A stretch of 64,000 bases of DNA from Terracidiphilus sp. (GTDB lineage Bacteria > Acidobacteriota > Terriglobia > Terriglobales > Acidobacteriaceae), in contig JBEKSA010000017.1 of NCBI GenBank assembly GCA_049517515.1, forward strand, positions 13,090-77,089. Reading direction: 5' to 3'. The position numbers were made by a program, and so were the translations under genes. The notes beneath the pieces were generated by a model. The model did no database searches and had not been told where the DNA came from. It was given only the letters and a program-made list of their open reading frames with translations. This document shows positions 9,759 through 17,741 of this stretch, one piece after another (the first letter of the stretch is position 1; the number at the start of each line of letters is the position of its first letter).

Positions 9759-10886
9759 TTGAGCGGCGAGCACGAAAGGGTCCTTGTCCTGAACCCCGGA
9801 ACGACGTCGACGAAGTTCGGCGTTTATACGCGCGCGGGCGAAGAGATGGCGCGCAACATTCACCACGGAGACGAGGAAATCGAGAGGTTTCGCGGGAGGC
9901 CGATGCTGGACCGGCTGGAGTACCGCGCGGGGCGGATCGAGGCGGCGCTCAAAGAGGCAGGATACGGCGAGAGCGGGAGGGGCGCGGAGCCCTGGGCTGC
10001 GGTGGCCGGCCGGGGCGGACTGCTGCCGCCGATGGAGTGCGGGACGTATCTCGTGGACGACACGATGGTGGAGGAATTGCGGCGGGCGCGACGCGGAGAA
10101 CATGCGTCGAACCTGGGCGCGGTTCTGGCGTTGCGGTTTGCAGCGGCGGCCGGCGTGGAGGCGTACATTGTGGATCCGGTGACGGCGGATGAGTGGCAGG
10201 AGTGCGCAAGGCGCTCGGGCTCGCCGCTGGTGAAGCGGTCGTTCGTGGGGCACGCGCTGAACACCAAGGCTGTGGCTCGGCGCCATGCTCGCGGGCTGGG
10301 GCGCCGCTACGAGGAGATGCGGCTGATCGTGGTGCACATGGGCAGCGGAATTACGGTGACGGCACACCGCGGCGGGCGCATGATCGACAGCAATTCCATC
10401 GAGGAGGGCCCGTTCGGCCCGGACCGCACGGGATCGCTGCCGGTGCGCGAGCTGATCAAGCTGTGCTTTAGCGGATCGATGACGGAAAAGGAGCTCGACC
10501 GGCACGTCTTCGGCGACGGTGGACTGTTCGCGTATCTCGGAACGCGCGACCTCATGGAGGTGGAGCGGAGAATCGACGCGGGCGACGCGCAGGCGGCGGC
10601 GGTCTTCGAGGCCATGGTCTACCAGATCGGCAAGGAGACGGGCGCGATGGCCGCGGTGCTCGAAGGCAAAGTGGATGCGGTGTTGGTTACCGGCGGCATG
10701 GTGCACTCAGAGCGGCTAGTGGCGCGGCTGCGCGGGTCTGTGGAATGGATCGCGCCGGTGGCTGTGTATCCCGGGGAGGACGAGCTGCGGGCGCTGGCCG
10801 AGGGCGTGTTCCGCGTGCTGGACGGAGAGGGAGAAGCCAAGCGGATGAAAAGGCAGGGAGTAAGGAGTAGGACCAGGGATCAGTGA
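9759..10886 (+). CDS. buk: Butyrate kinase
   Basis: LNPGTTSTK, GRGGLL, GEHASNLG, HALNTKAVAR, VVHMGSGIT and YPGEDEL motifs. Confidence 0.93.
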   Translation: MSGEHERVLVLNPGTTSTKFGVYTRAGEEMARNIHHGDEEIERFRGRPMLDRLEYRAGRIEAALKEAGYGESGRGAEPWAAVAGRGGLLPPMECGTYLVDDTMVEELRRARRGEHASNLGAVLALRFAAAAGVEAYIVDPVTADEWQECARRSGSPLVKRSFVGHALNTKAVARRHARGLGRRYEEMRLIVVHMGSGITVTAHRGGRMIDSNSIEEGPFGPDRTGSLPVRELIKLCFSGSMTEKELDRHVFGDGGLFAYLGTRDLMEVERRIDAGDAQAAAVFEAMVYQIGKETGAMAAVLEGKVDAVLVTGGMVHSERLVARLRGSVEWIAPVAVYPGEDELRALAEGVFRVLDGEGEAKRMKRQGVRSRTRDQ

Positions 10887-11051
10887 AGAGTGAATCGTGA
10901 AATACGGGCAGTGGAAAAGTGAAGAAGTGAGCGGCTACCGGCTACAAGCTGGAATCTAAAGCTAAAAAAGATGACACCCGACACCTGACGCCTGGCAACT
11001 GAACCCTGCATTAGAATTCGATAGAGAATCGGGAGACGGCGAGGGACAGAG

Positions 11052-11918
11052 TTGGCGGTTCTGGCGGTGCAGCAGATCCGGCGCATGCGGGGCGGAGCGC
11101 AGGGCCAGTTGATGCTGGGCGCAGACGGGCACGTCTACGTGGTGAAGTTCCAGAACAACCCGCAGCATACGCGGGTTCTGGCCAACGAGTTGATGGCCTC
11201 GCGGCTGGCGGCGGCGGCGGGGCTGACGGTGCCCGAGACTGATCTGGTGGAAGTTTCGAGCTGGCTGATTGAGAATACGCCGGAGCTGGAGATCGACATA
11301 GGGCGGACGCGGGCGCGCTGCCAGGCGGGACTGCAGTTCGGGTCGCGCTTCGCCGGAGGCATGATGCCGGGCCAGGTGGTTGACTACCTGACCGAAGAGC
11401 AACTGGCCGAGTTGAAGAACCCGGGCGAGTTCGCCGGCGTCCTGGCTCTGGATAAGTGGACCGGCAATGCCAACGGGCGGCAGGCGGTGTTCACGCGGCG
11501 GCAGCGGGAGAAGCGCTATAGGGCTGTTTTCATCGACTTCGGGTACTGCTTTCACGCCGGGGAGTGGCGCTTTGAAGATGCTCCGCTGCGCGGCGTGTAT
11601 TACCGCAACGATGTGTACCGGGAGATCACGGGATGGGAGTCGTTTGAGCCCTGGCTGACGAGACTTGAAACCATGGCGGCGGAGACGGTGTGGGAGGCGG
11701 CCAACGAGGTTCCCCCCGAATGGTATGGCGGCGATCAGAGTGAAATGGAAGCACTGGTCGAAAAGCTGCTCAAGCGGCGGAGCCGGATCCGGGAGCTGAT
11801 TGAGGCGTTTGGGAACTCGGATAGGAGGCCGTTTCCGAAATGGGGAGCGGGGGGGATGGAAAGTGAGAAGAGGTCTTGGAGAGCGGCCCGATGGGGAGAT
11901 ACGATGAGGGTGAATTGA
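11052..11918 (+). CDS. HipA-like (HipA_2/PI3-4-kinase-like fold) kinase
   Basis: RRMRGGAQ Gly loop, YVVKF, ANELMASRLA, LDKWTGNANGRQ and FIDFGYCF motifs. Confidence 0.85.
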   Translation: MAVLAVQQIRRMRGGAQGQLMLGADGHVYVVKFQNNPQHTRVLANELMASRLAAAAGLTVPETDLVEVSSWLIENTPELEIDIGRTRARCQAGLQFGSRFAGGMMPGQVVDYLTEEQLAELKNPGEFAGVLALDKWTGNANGRQAVFTRRQREKRYRAVFIDFGYCFHAGEWRFEDAPLRGVYYRNDVYREITGWESFEPWLTRLETMAAETVWEAANEVPPEWYGGDQSEMEALVEKLLKRRSRIRELIEAFGNSDRRPFPKWGAGGMESEKRSWRAARWGDTMRVN

Positions 11919-11927
11919 GGACAGAAC

Positions 11928-12112
11928 TTAGTTTTTAGCTGTTAACCTTTAGCTCTTTCCGTTCGCGCGAAGACGGCAGAGGCTTTAATGGTGGAGGACA
12001 ACGGCACGGAGTTTCGGACTGCATAGCCGGGGCTAAGAGCTAAAAGCTAAGGGCTAAGAGCCCGAGGCTGCCAGCTACGGGCTGCGGGCTATGAACTACG
12101 AACTGCGAACTT
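11928..12112. repeat. Inverted AGCT-core heptamer repeat blocks plus further heptamers
   Basis: ttagtttttagctgttaacctttagctcttt paired with gctaagagctaaaagctaagggctaagagc; then gctacgg/gctgcgg/gctatga/actacga/actgcga. Confidence 0.75.
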
Positions 12113-12121
12113 GAAGAAGCG

Positions 12122-12997
12122 ATGACGAGCCAAAGCCAGCGGCGTGGGTGCGAGTTTCAACTGCTTCGGTATGTGCCGGACGCAGTGCGGAACGAGTATG
12201 TGCACATCGGCGTGATCTTGCGCGAGTCCGCCACGGCGGACAACCCTGGAAGGGTTGAGGTGCGCTTCACGCGCGACTGGCGGCGGGTGAGGTGCCTCGA
12301 TCCCCACGCCGATACGGCGCTGCTCGAAGGGATGGAAGGCGAGCTGCGGCGGCAGCTCCAGGAGCGAACGGACCTGGAGGAAACAGACCTTGAGGCGGCG
12401 GGAGGGCGCCTGATGCGGATCCTCGAGGAATCGCTCTCGCTGAACGTGCAGATGACTGAGCCCAAGGCCTACCTGGCCGAAAGCGTTCCCGCGGGAATGG
12501 AAGAGCTGATGCGGATCTACGTCGAGCCCCCGCCGCGGGAGCGGAGCCCGAGGCTCAGCGGACGGGCGGCGATCCAGTCGCGCATGCGCTCGGAGTTCGA
12601 ACATGCCGGTGTGTGGGATCTTTTGAGAAAGAGAATCGCCGCCTCGGAGTACACGCGGCCGGGCGATCCGCTGCGGATCGACGTGGGCTACCGGCCCAAC
12701 GGGGTGGTGCGGATGTTCCAGGCGGTGAGCCTCGATCCGGGGCTGGAGACGGCCAAGGTGCTGGCCTTTTCGGCAGCCGCGCTCCGCGTCGGCGTAGAGC
12801 GAGTGGAGAAAGCCGAGCTTGAGTTGACGGCCGTGATCGAGCCAGCGGCGCGGGTGGGAGCGACCGAAGAGGAGCCGGAACGGCTGGAGCTCTACCGCTT
12901 CGGAGTGGAGACGATGGAAGAGCACCGGATTCGGGTGCTGACCACCTCCGACATGGGCCGCGTAGCCGAGACGGCGCGGCGCGAGCTGCACGTGTAA
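12122..12997 (+). CDS. DUF3037 domain protein (usual partner of HipA_2 kinases)
   Basis: CEFQLLRYVPDAVRNEYVHIGVIL N-terminal signature; C-terminal IDVGYRPNG restriction-endonuclease-like region. Confidence 0.85.
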   Translation: MTSQSQRRGCEFQLLRYVPDAVRNEYVHIGVILRESATADNPGRVEVRFTRDWRRVRCLDPHADTALLEGMEGELRRQLQERTDLEETDLEAAGGRLMRILEESLSLNVQMTEPKAYLAESVPAGMEELMRIYVEPPPRERSPRLSGRAAIQSRMRSEFEHAGVWDLLRKRIAASEYTRPGDPLRIDVGYRPNGVVRMFQAVSLDPGLETAKVLAFSAAALRVGVERVEKAELELTAVIEPAARVGATEEEPERLELYRFGVETMEEHRIRVLTTSDMGRVAETARRELHV

Positions 12998-13198
12998 AGA
13001 GCTGGAGCCCGAAAACTGGGGTGCGGCTCGCGATCCAGTCGAGACTCTAAGTCTATTTTTAAGAACGCGTAAGGGGATGGTCACTGGGCCCGAAAATATT
13101 TTTTCTGAAGTTTGCCGATAATTTCCGGGCTTCGCGGTAGGATCAATCCGGTTGATGGATTTCAGGGGTATCGCGGCCGTTGCCGGGAGCGATTGAGT

Positions 13199-13231
13199 CA
13201 GGATTGGCTCAGGATTTGCTCCGGACTTGCT
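13199..13231 (+). promoter_or_regulatory. Three tandem 11-bp direct repeats upstream of the portal gene
   Basis: CAGGATTGGCT CAGGATTTGCT CCGGACTTGCT seen directly; regulatory role inferred. Confidence 0.5.
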
Positions 13232-13265
13232 CCAGGCGGACGGCTGACGAAACCCTGATCCCTCG

Positions 13266-13302
13266 AAAAAGGCATGGCCATGGGCCGTGCCTTTTTGTTT
13301 TT
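13266..13302 (+). terminator. Intrinsic terminator immediately upstream of the portal RBS
   Basis: Stem GGCATGGCC/GGCCGTGCC (one G-U pair), 3-nt loop, then TTTTTGTTTTT. Confidence 0.85.
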
Positions 13303-13310
13303 GAAGGAAG

Positions 13311-14612
13311 GTGCGCGTGAAGGTAGGCGAGCAATTACGGGAGATGTGGCGGCAGGCCCGCCGCGGCAGGCAGGCCGGGAATGGTGAGCGGTCCCGGCAG
13401 GTGGACCTCGATGCGGAGGTGGGGGCGGAGGCGGAGCGGAAGACGCTTGCGCTTCCCGCGATCCTGAGCCCGGTGCAATTTCCGGGCAAGCATCTGCCCA
13501 AGCCGACGCCGATGAACCTGCGCCGGTTTGCGGAGACACCGGTGGTGCGGCGGGCGATCAACGTGATCAAGGACCGCATCGCGGCGATGGACTGGCAGAT
13601 TCGGGTGCGACGCGGCGTGCAGCCCAACGACGTGGCGTTTGCGGCGCGCAAGCTGCGGGCGCTACGGTGCGCGCTGGAGGAGCCGAATCCGTCCGACAGC
13701 TTCCGCACCTTGGTGGAGCAGGTGATCGAAGATGCGCTGACCGGCGGCTTTGGAGCCATCGAGATGGAGCCGACGGGCGACCCGGAGCGGCCGGCGATGC
13801 TGTGGCCGGTGGATGGGGCCTCGATCCGCATCAACGCCAGGTGGGACGGCGGCGAGGATACGCCGCGCTACGCGCAGGCCATGCCGGGACAACTGGAGTC
13901 GGGCGCCGTGGAGCTGCTCGACCGGCAGTTGATGTACATCCGGATGAACCCGCGCAGCTTTACTCCCTTCGGGCTGGGGCCGCTGGAAGTGGCCTTTGAG
14001 ACGGTGAACCAGTTCCTGAGCGCGCACCGCTTTGCCGGCAAGCTGGCGGCGAACTCGGTGGCGCAGTATGCACTCTGGCTGAACGAAGCCACGCCCGCGC
14101 AGCACGACCGGCTAATCCGCTGGTGGCAGGGCGAGATCGAAGGCACGGGGCGCGTGCCGCTGATCTCGACCGAGCAGAAGCCGGAGGTGCTGCGCTTCGC
14201 GCAGGGAACGGACGCGGACCTGAGGCTGGCATGGCAGGAGTTCCTGATCCGGATGGTGGCCAACGCCTTCGGGCTGCCGCCGCTGATGCTGGGTCTGGAG
14301 GCGGACGTGAACCAGTCGACGGCCTCGGAGATGGCCGACGAGGCCTTCCGCGGCGCGATCTCGCCGCTGGCCATGCTGGTGGCCGGGCACATCACGCGCG
14401 ATCTGTTCGCCAAGTGCATCGGCTGGCGGGAGTTTGAGTTTGTCTTCAACGAGCTGAGCGCGCGGGACGAGGAGACAGAGCTGCAGGTGCAAGTGCAACT
14501 GCTGCAGGCCGGCGTGCTCACGATCGACGAGGTACGGGCGATGCGGGGACTGGCTCCGCTGGGGCAGACTCCGGAGGCGTTGCTGTCGGGCGAAGCGGAA
14601 AACAGAGACTAA
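13311..14612 (+). CDS. Phage portal protein (HK97-like); start may be GTG at 13317
   Basis: TPVVRRAINVIKDRIAAMDW, DALTGGFG, LWPVDG, FGLGPLE, IRMVANAFGLPPLML and GVLTIDEVRAMRGL motifs. Confidence 0.92.
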   Translation: MRVKVGEQLREMWRQARRGRQAGNGERSRQVDLDAEVGAEAERKTLALPAILSPVQFPGKHLPKPTPMNLRRFAETPVVRRAINVIKDRIAAMDWQIRVRRGVQPNDVAFAARKLRALRCALEEPNPSDSFRTLVEQVIEDALTGGFGAIEMEPTGDPERPAMLWPVDGASIRINARWDGGEDTPRYAQAMPGQLESGAVELLDRQLMYIRMNPRSFTPFGLGPLEVAFETVNQFLSAHRFAGKLAANSVAQYALWLNEATPAQHDRLIRWWQGEIEGTGRVPLISTEQKPEVLRFAQGTDADLRLAWQEFLIRMVANAFGLPPLMLGLEADVNQSTASEMADEAFRGAISPLAMLVAGHITRDLFAKCIGWREFEFVFNELSARDEETELQVQVQLLQAGVLTIDEVRAMRGLAPLGQTPEALLSGEAENRD

Positions 14613-14682
14613 GGGACTTAGGGACATAGGGGCTAAGAAACGCAGGGAGCGGGGACCGAGTCCCTGGCGGAGCGGAGCGAGC

Positions 14683-15183
14683 ATGCGATTGGAAGCGATG
14701 GCGGTAAAGATTCCTCATGTGGACAAGCATCCCAACCGGGTGCCATTTGAGGGCGTGTTGACGGTAGTGAACGCGGCCAGCGATCGAGCGCCGGCCGGAG
14801 CGCGCGGGCACCGCGTGATGCTGACGCGCGAGGCGGCGGAGAAGGCGCTGCCTTCGCTGCTGGGCATGGCTGTGGATTACAGACCCGGATGGGACGGCCA
14901 CGATGCGCGTCGCAAGATCGGCCTGCTGACCGAGGCCGATGTGATCGGGCCGCGGCTGGTGGTGCGAGGGTACCTCTACGCGCGCGATTTTCCCGATGTG
15001 GCGCAGGCGATCACGGCGCACGCTCTCGAAACGCTGGGCATGAGCTACGAACTGGCCGATGCGCGCGTGGAGGATATGCGGGCGGAGATCTGGAAGCTGA
15101 CGCGGGTGACCTTTACCGGAGCGGCGATTCTGCTGCGGGACAAGGCAGCTTACCGGGCGACAAGCTTCAGGATGGCGAGTTAG
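14683..15183 (+). CDS. Prohead (maturation) protease-like protein
   Basis: Position after the portal; His (WDGHD) and Ser (LGMSYE) in HK97/assemblin-type spacing; C-terminal FTGAAIL...AY. Confidence 0.65.
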   Translation: MRLEAMAVKIPHVDKHPNRVPFEGVLTVVNAASDRAPAGARGHRVMLTREAAEKALPSLLGMAVDYRPGWDGHDARRKIGLLTEADVIGPRLVVRGYLYARDFPDVAQAITAHALETLGMSYELADARVEDMRAEIWKLTRVTFTGAAILLRDKAAYRATSFRMAS

Positions 15184-15190
15184 CGAAAGA

Positions 15191-15290
15191 CAGCGGAGTT
15201 AGCGGAGCCAGCGGAGTTGGCGGAGTTAGCCAAGGGGAAAAGCCAGACGGCCAACAAGTAAGTTAGCGAGTTAGTCAATCAGTGAGTAAG
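15191..15290. repeat. 9-mer x4 (YAGCGGAGT-like) and 8-mer tandem repeats
   Basis: CAGCGGAGT TAGCGGAGC CAGCGGAGT TGGCGGAGT, then aagtaagt tagcgagt tagtcaat cagtgagt. Confidence 0.75.
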
Positions 15291-15300
15291 AGAGCGAACA

Positions 15301-15331
15301 AAGAGGCTCCGGGAACGGAGCCTTTTTGTTT
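15301..15331 (+). terminator. Intrinsic terminator between the protease and scaffold genes
   Basis: GGCTCCG/CGGAGCC stem, GGAA tetraloop, then TTTTTGTTT. Confidence 0.85.
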
Positions 15332-15381
15332 CTCAGTGAACCGCCGCAGTGAGCAATTCGCAAAAACAGGAAAGGAAAAAC

Positions 15382-15780
15382 ATGGAACAAGGAGAAGAGA
15401 ACATCGTGGAGCGGCTGGAAGCCGCAACCACCGCGCTGGAAAAGACGCTCAGTTGGCTGGAACAACGGCAGGGTGAGCTTTCCGGCGAGGTGGAGAGGAT
15501 CTCGGCGACTGTGGAACAAAGCCGCCGCGAAACCGAACTGGCGGAGAAGCTTGCCGCCGTGGAGCGCGAGTTGGCCGAGGTGAAAGCGGCGTCGACGCAG
15601 AACGCACTGAACCCGCTGCGCCGCACCATGCCCGCAGCAACGGCCGAGATGCTGGCCAAGCATGGCATCGGCGATGGGCCGGTGGATGTGCGCTCGCTGG
15701 ATGCGGCGTTGTCCGGACTGAGCCTGGAGCAGCGCATTGCAGTCAAAACGCAACTGCTGCGGGCCGGCGCAATCTCGTAA
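15382..15780 (+). CDS. Capsid scaffold-like coiled-coil protein
   Basis: GGAAAGGA RBS; Glu-rich heptad helix; position between protease and capsid. Confidence 0.6.
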   Translation: MEQGEENIVERLEAATTALEKTLSWLEQRQGELSGEVERISATVEQSRRETELAEKLAAVERELAEVKAASTQNALNPLRRTMPAATAEMLAKHGIGDGPVDVRSLDAALSGLSLEQRIAVKTQLLRAGAIS

Positions 15781-15784
15781 AGGC

Positions 15785-15965
15785 AGCTTCTAGCTTTTAG
15801 CTATTAGCTCTTAGCTACGAGCTTGTTGAGCGCACAGGGTAGCCGACAGACGAAACGCGATGGAAGTGAAAGATCGCGGACCGCGCGCCGGCGAATGATC
15901 AATCATCAACGCCAGATCAGGCACGAACAAGCTGGCAGCTAGGAGCTAGAAGCTAGCAGCTAAGC
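15785..15965. repeat. Inverted AGCTNNN heptamer blocks enclosing about 100 nt
   Basis: Six AGCT units at 15785-15827 are in register with the reverse complement of five AGCT units at 15926-15965. Confidence 0.85.
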
Positions 15966-15995
15966 ACGGCCCCATGGAGGGGGTGGAGAGAATCT

Positions 15996-16964
15996 ATGAA
16001 CGCAACCTTTGCAGATATTCATGCGGCAGCGGACTACATCGGGCCGGGCGCTATCGAAGTTCCGCTGTACCAGACGGAGATCTTCGACATTTGCCGGCGG
16101 TCAAGTTCATTTGGACAGCGCATCAGGCAGGTTCCGGCGACCGGGCATCCGTCGCGTTTCTTTGAGGAGACGGCGATTCCCAATCCGGGGACAGCGGGCT
16201 TCGTGAATCCGCGCAGCATCAATCCCACGGTGGTGAGCCCGACGCGCATTGAGCTGAGCGTGCCGCTGAAAGCGGTTGTGGCACAGATCAACTACAACCT
16301 CTTCGACATCGAGCTGGGCGACCAGCAGAAGCAGTTCGCCTATCTGCAGGCCAAGGATCTTGTGGATACGGTGAGCGGCGTGATGGTGGCGCACGACGTG
16401 GCGCTGTGGAACGGCAACGACACCAGCCTGAGCGCGCCTACGACCACGCAGTACATGGGCTGCGCGGCGCAGATCGCGGCCGGAGGCAACTCGGTGACCG
16501 TGACCACCTCGATGAAGATTGTGGACACGATCAAGACCACGGTGGCGCAGATGGTGGCCAACAACGGCTACCATGTGCGTCCCACGGCGGTCTATGCCAA
16601 CCCGGTGCTGCTGGACCTGATCGACCAGGAGATGAAATCCGAGTACAACGTGGTGCTGAACACCGACCAGATCACCGGCGGCTTCCGCGTGAAGATGCTT
16701 TCGACGCAGGCCGGCGACCTGCCGTTGATTCCGGATTGGAGCCTGAGTTACACGGGCACGCCGGGAAGCGGCAATGCCGTGCTTCCGGCCTACATCGTGA
16801 CTGAGGATCTGATCGAGTATCACTGGCTGGGCGATCCCACTCCGCGCGTCTTCCAGCTCGGCTTGCCGAACTCGCTGACCCACCAGTATGTGGCAGTCAA
16901 GTTCGGCGCTCCGGTGGTGAAGGGCGCAAACTTCGCCCACTATCAGGTGCTGGTCGACCGGTAG
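15996..16964 (+). CDS. Major capsid protein (HK97-fold-like)
   Basis: 322 aa after the scaffold; ends in a typical MCP-like pattern (V.FG..VV.G..F.H..V); followed by neck genes. Confidence 0.72.
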   Translation: MNATFADIHAAADYIGPGAIEVPLYQTEIFDICRRSSSFGQRIRQVPATGHPSRFFEETAIPNPGTAGFVNPRSINPTVVSPTRIELSVPLKAVVAQINYNLFDIELGDQQKQFAYLQAKDLVDTVSGVMVAHDVALWNGNDTSLSAPTTTQYMGCAAQIAAGGNSVTVTTSMKIVDTIKTTVAQMVANNGYHVRPTAVYANPVLLDLIDQEMKSEYNVVLNTDQITGGFRVKMLSTQAGDLPLIPDWSLSYTGTPGSGNAVLPAYIVTEDLIEYHWLGDPTPRVFQLGLPNSLTHQYVAVKFGAPVVKGANFAHYQVLVDR

Positions 16965-16967
16965 GGA

Positions 16968-17100
16968 AAACAGTTCATGGTTAGCAGTTCATGGTTTGCA
17001 GCTCACGGCCGCCGGAAAGAACACCGGCAGCCGTGAGGCGCGGGCTGAGGACTGCGAACCAGGAACTCTGACTCAAGAATTCTGAACCAGGAACTGGAAA
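16968..17100. repeat. Degenerate inverted tandem repeats (CAGTTCATGGTT / GAACCAGGAACT)
   Basis: Seen directly in the capsid-adaptor spacer. Confidence 0.6.
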
Positions 17101-17114
17101 CGGAAGGATGCGCG

Positions 17115-17738
17115 ATGGCATATCTCGAGCCAGCGGATTACACGAACTATGGATTGCCGGCCGGGACCACGGCAGACTGGATCACGGCCGCGACGGCCCT
17201 GATCAACAGTTACTGCAGGCGGCCCGATCTGAATGTGATTCAGTATACGGAGCGCCTGCGCGTAACGGCTGGGGCGCAGACGGTGCGGCTGAGCTATCTG
17301 CCGCTGGCGCCGCTGGCGCCGGCGACGACGCCGATGGTGAGCCTCGAAGGACGGTACGCGAGGCCAAGACGCGGGGAGATTCCGCAGGAGCCGCTCATCG
17401 AGATCGCATGGGCGTTTGCGTTGCCCGGGCAATGGACGTCGATCGATGCCACGCTTGTGGACTTCGATCCCAACACCGGGGAGCTGACGCTGCCGTGGAA
17501 TGTTCTGGGGCTGCCGTTCAACGAAGTGCAAGCGACTTACACGGCGGGCCTAGCGACCATCGGCGACGACGTGAAGTCAGCGTGTGCGCAGATTGTGCGC
17601 AATGCGCAGGCAACGCCAGCGCTGAACGCGAGCATGAGCAGGATCGACACGATGCAAATCAAGTATTTCTCAAGTTCGCTGATCGACGAGACGGTGCAGG
17701 CGTGGCTGAATCCGTACGTTGCGAACAGGCTGGGGTGA
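17115..17738 (+). CDS. Head-tail adaptor (gp6/gp15-like)
   Basis: AATALINSYCRR N-helix, beta insertion, then VQATYTAGLATIGDDVKSACAQIV. Confidence 0.75.
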   Translation: MAYLEPADYTNYGLPAGTTADWITAATALINSYCRRPDLNVIQYTERLRVTAGAQTVRLSYLPLAPLAPATTPMVSLEGRYARPRRGEIPQEPLIEIAWAFALPGQWTSIDATLVDFDPNTGELTLPWNVLGLPFNEVQATYTAGLATIGDDVKSACAQIVRNAQATPALNASMSRIDTMQIKYFSSSLIDETVQAWLNPYVANRLG

Positions 17739-17741
17739 GCG

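Noticed and set aside
13244-13269. Hammerhead-like CTGACGA...GAAA core in the cassette leader
   Set aside because: The intervening sequence cannot form stem II, and the GAAA belongs to the terminator's A-run.
12089-13834. 581-aa minus-strand ORF across DUF3037 and the portal
   Set aside because: Antisense shadow ORF typical of high GC; Arg/Pro/Ser-rich with no motifs.
15996-16964. Encapsulin nanocompartment
   Set aside because: The capsid gene is accompanied by portal, protease, scaffold and neck/tail genes, which encapsulin loci lack.
11928-17100. CRISPR array suggested by repeated motifs
   Set aside because: Units are 7-11 nt, degenerate and contiguous, with no unique spacers and no cas genes.
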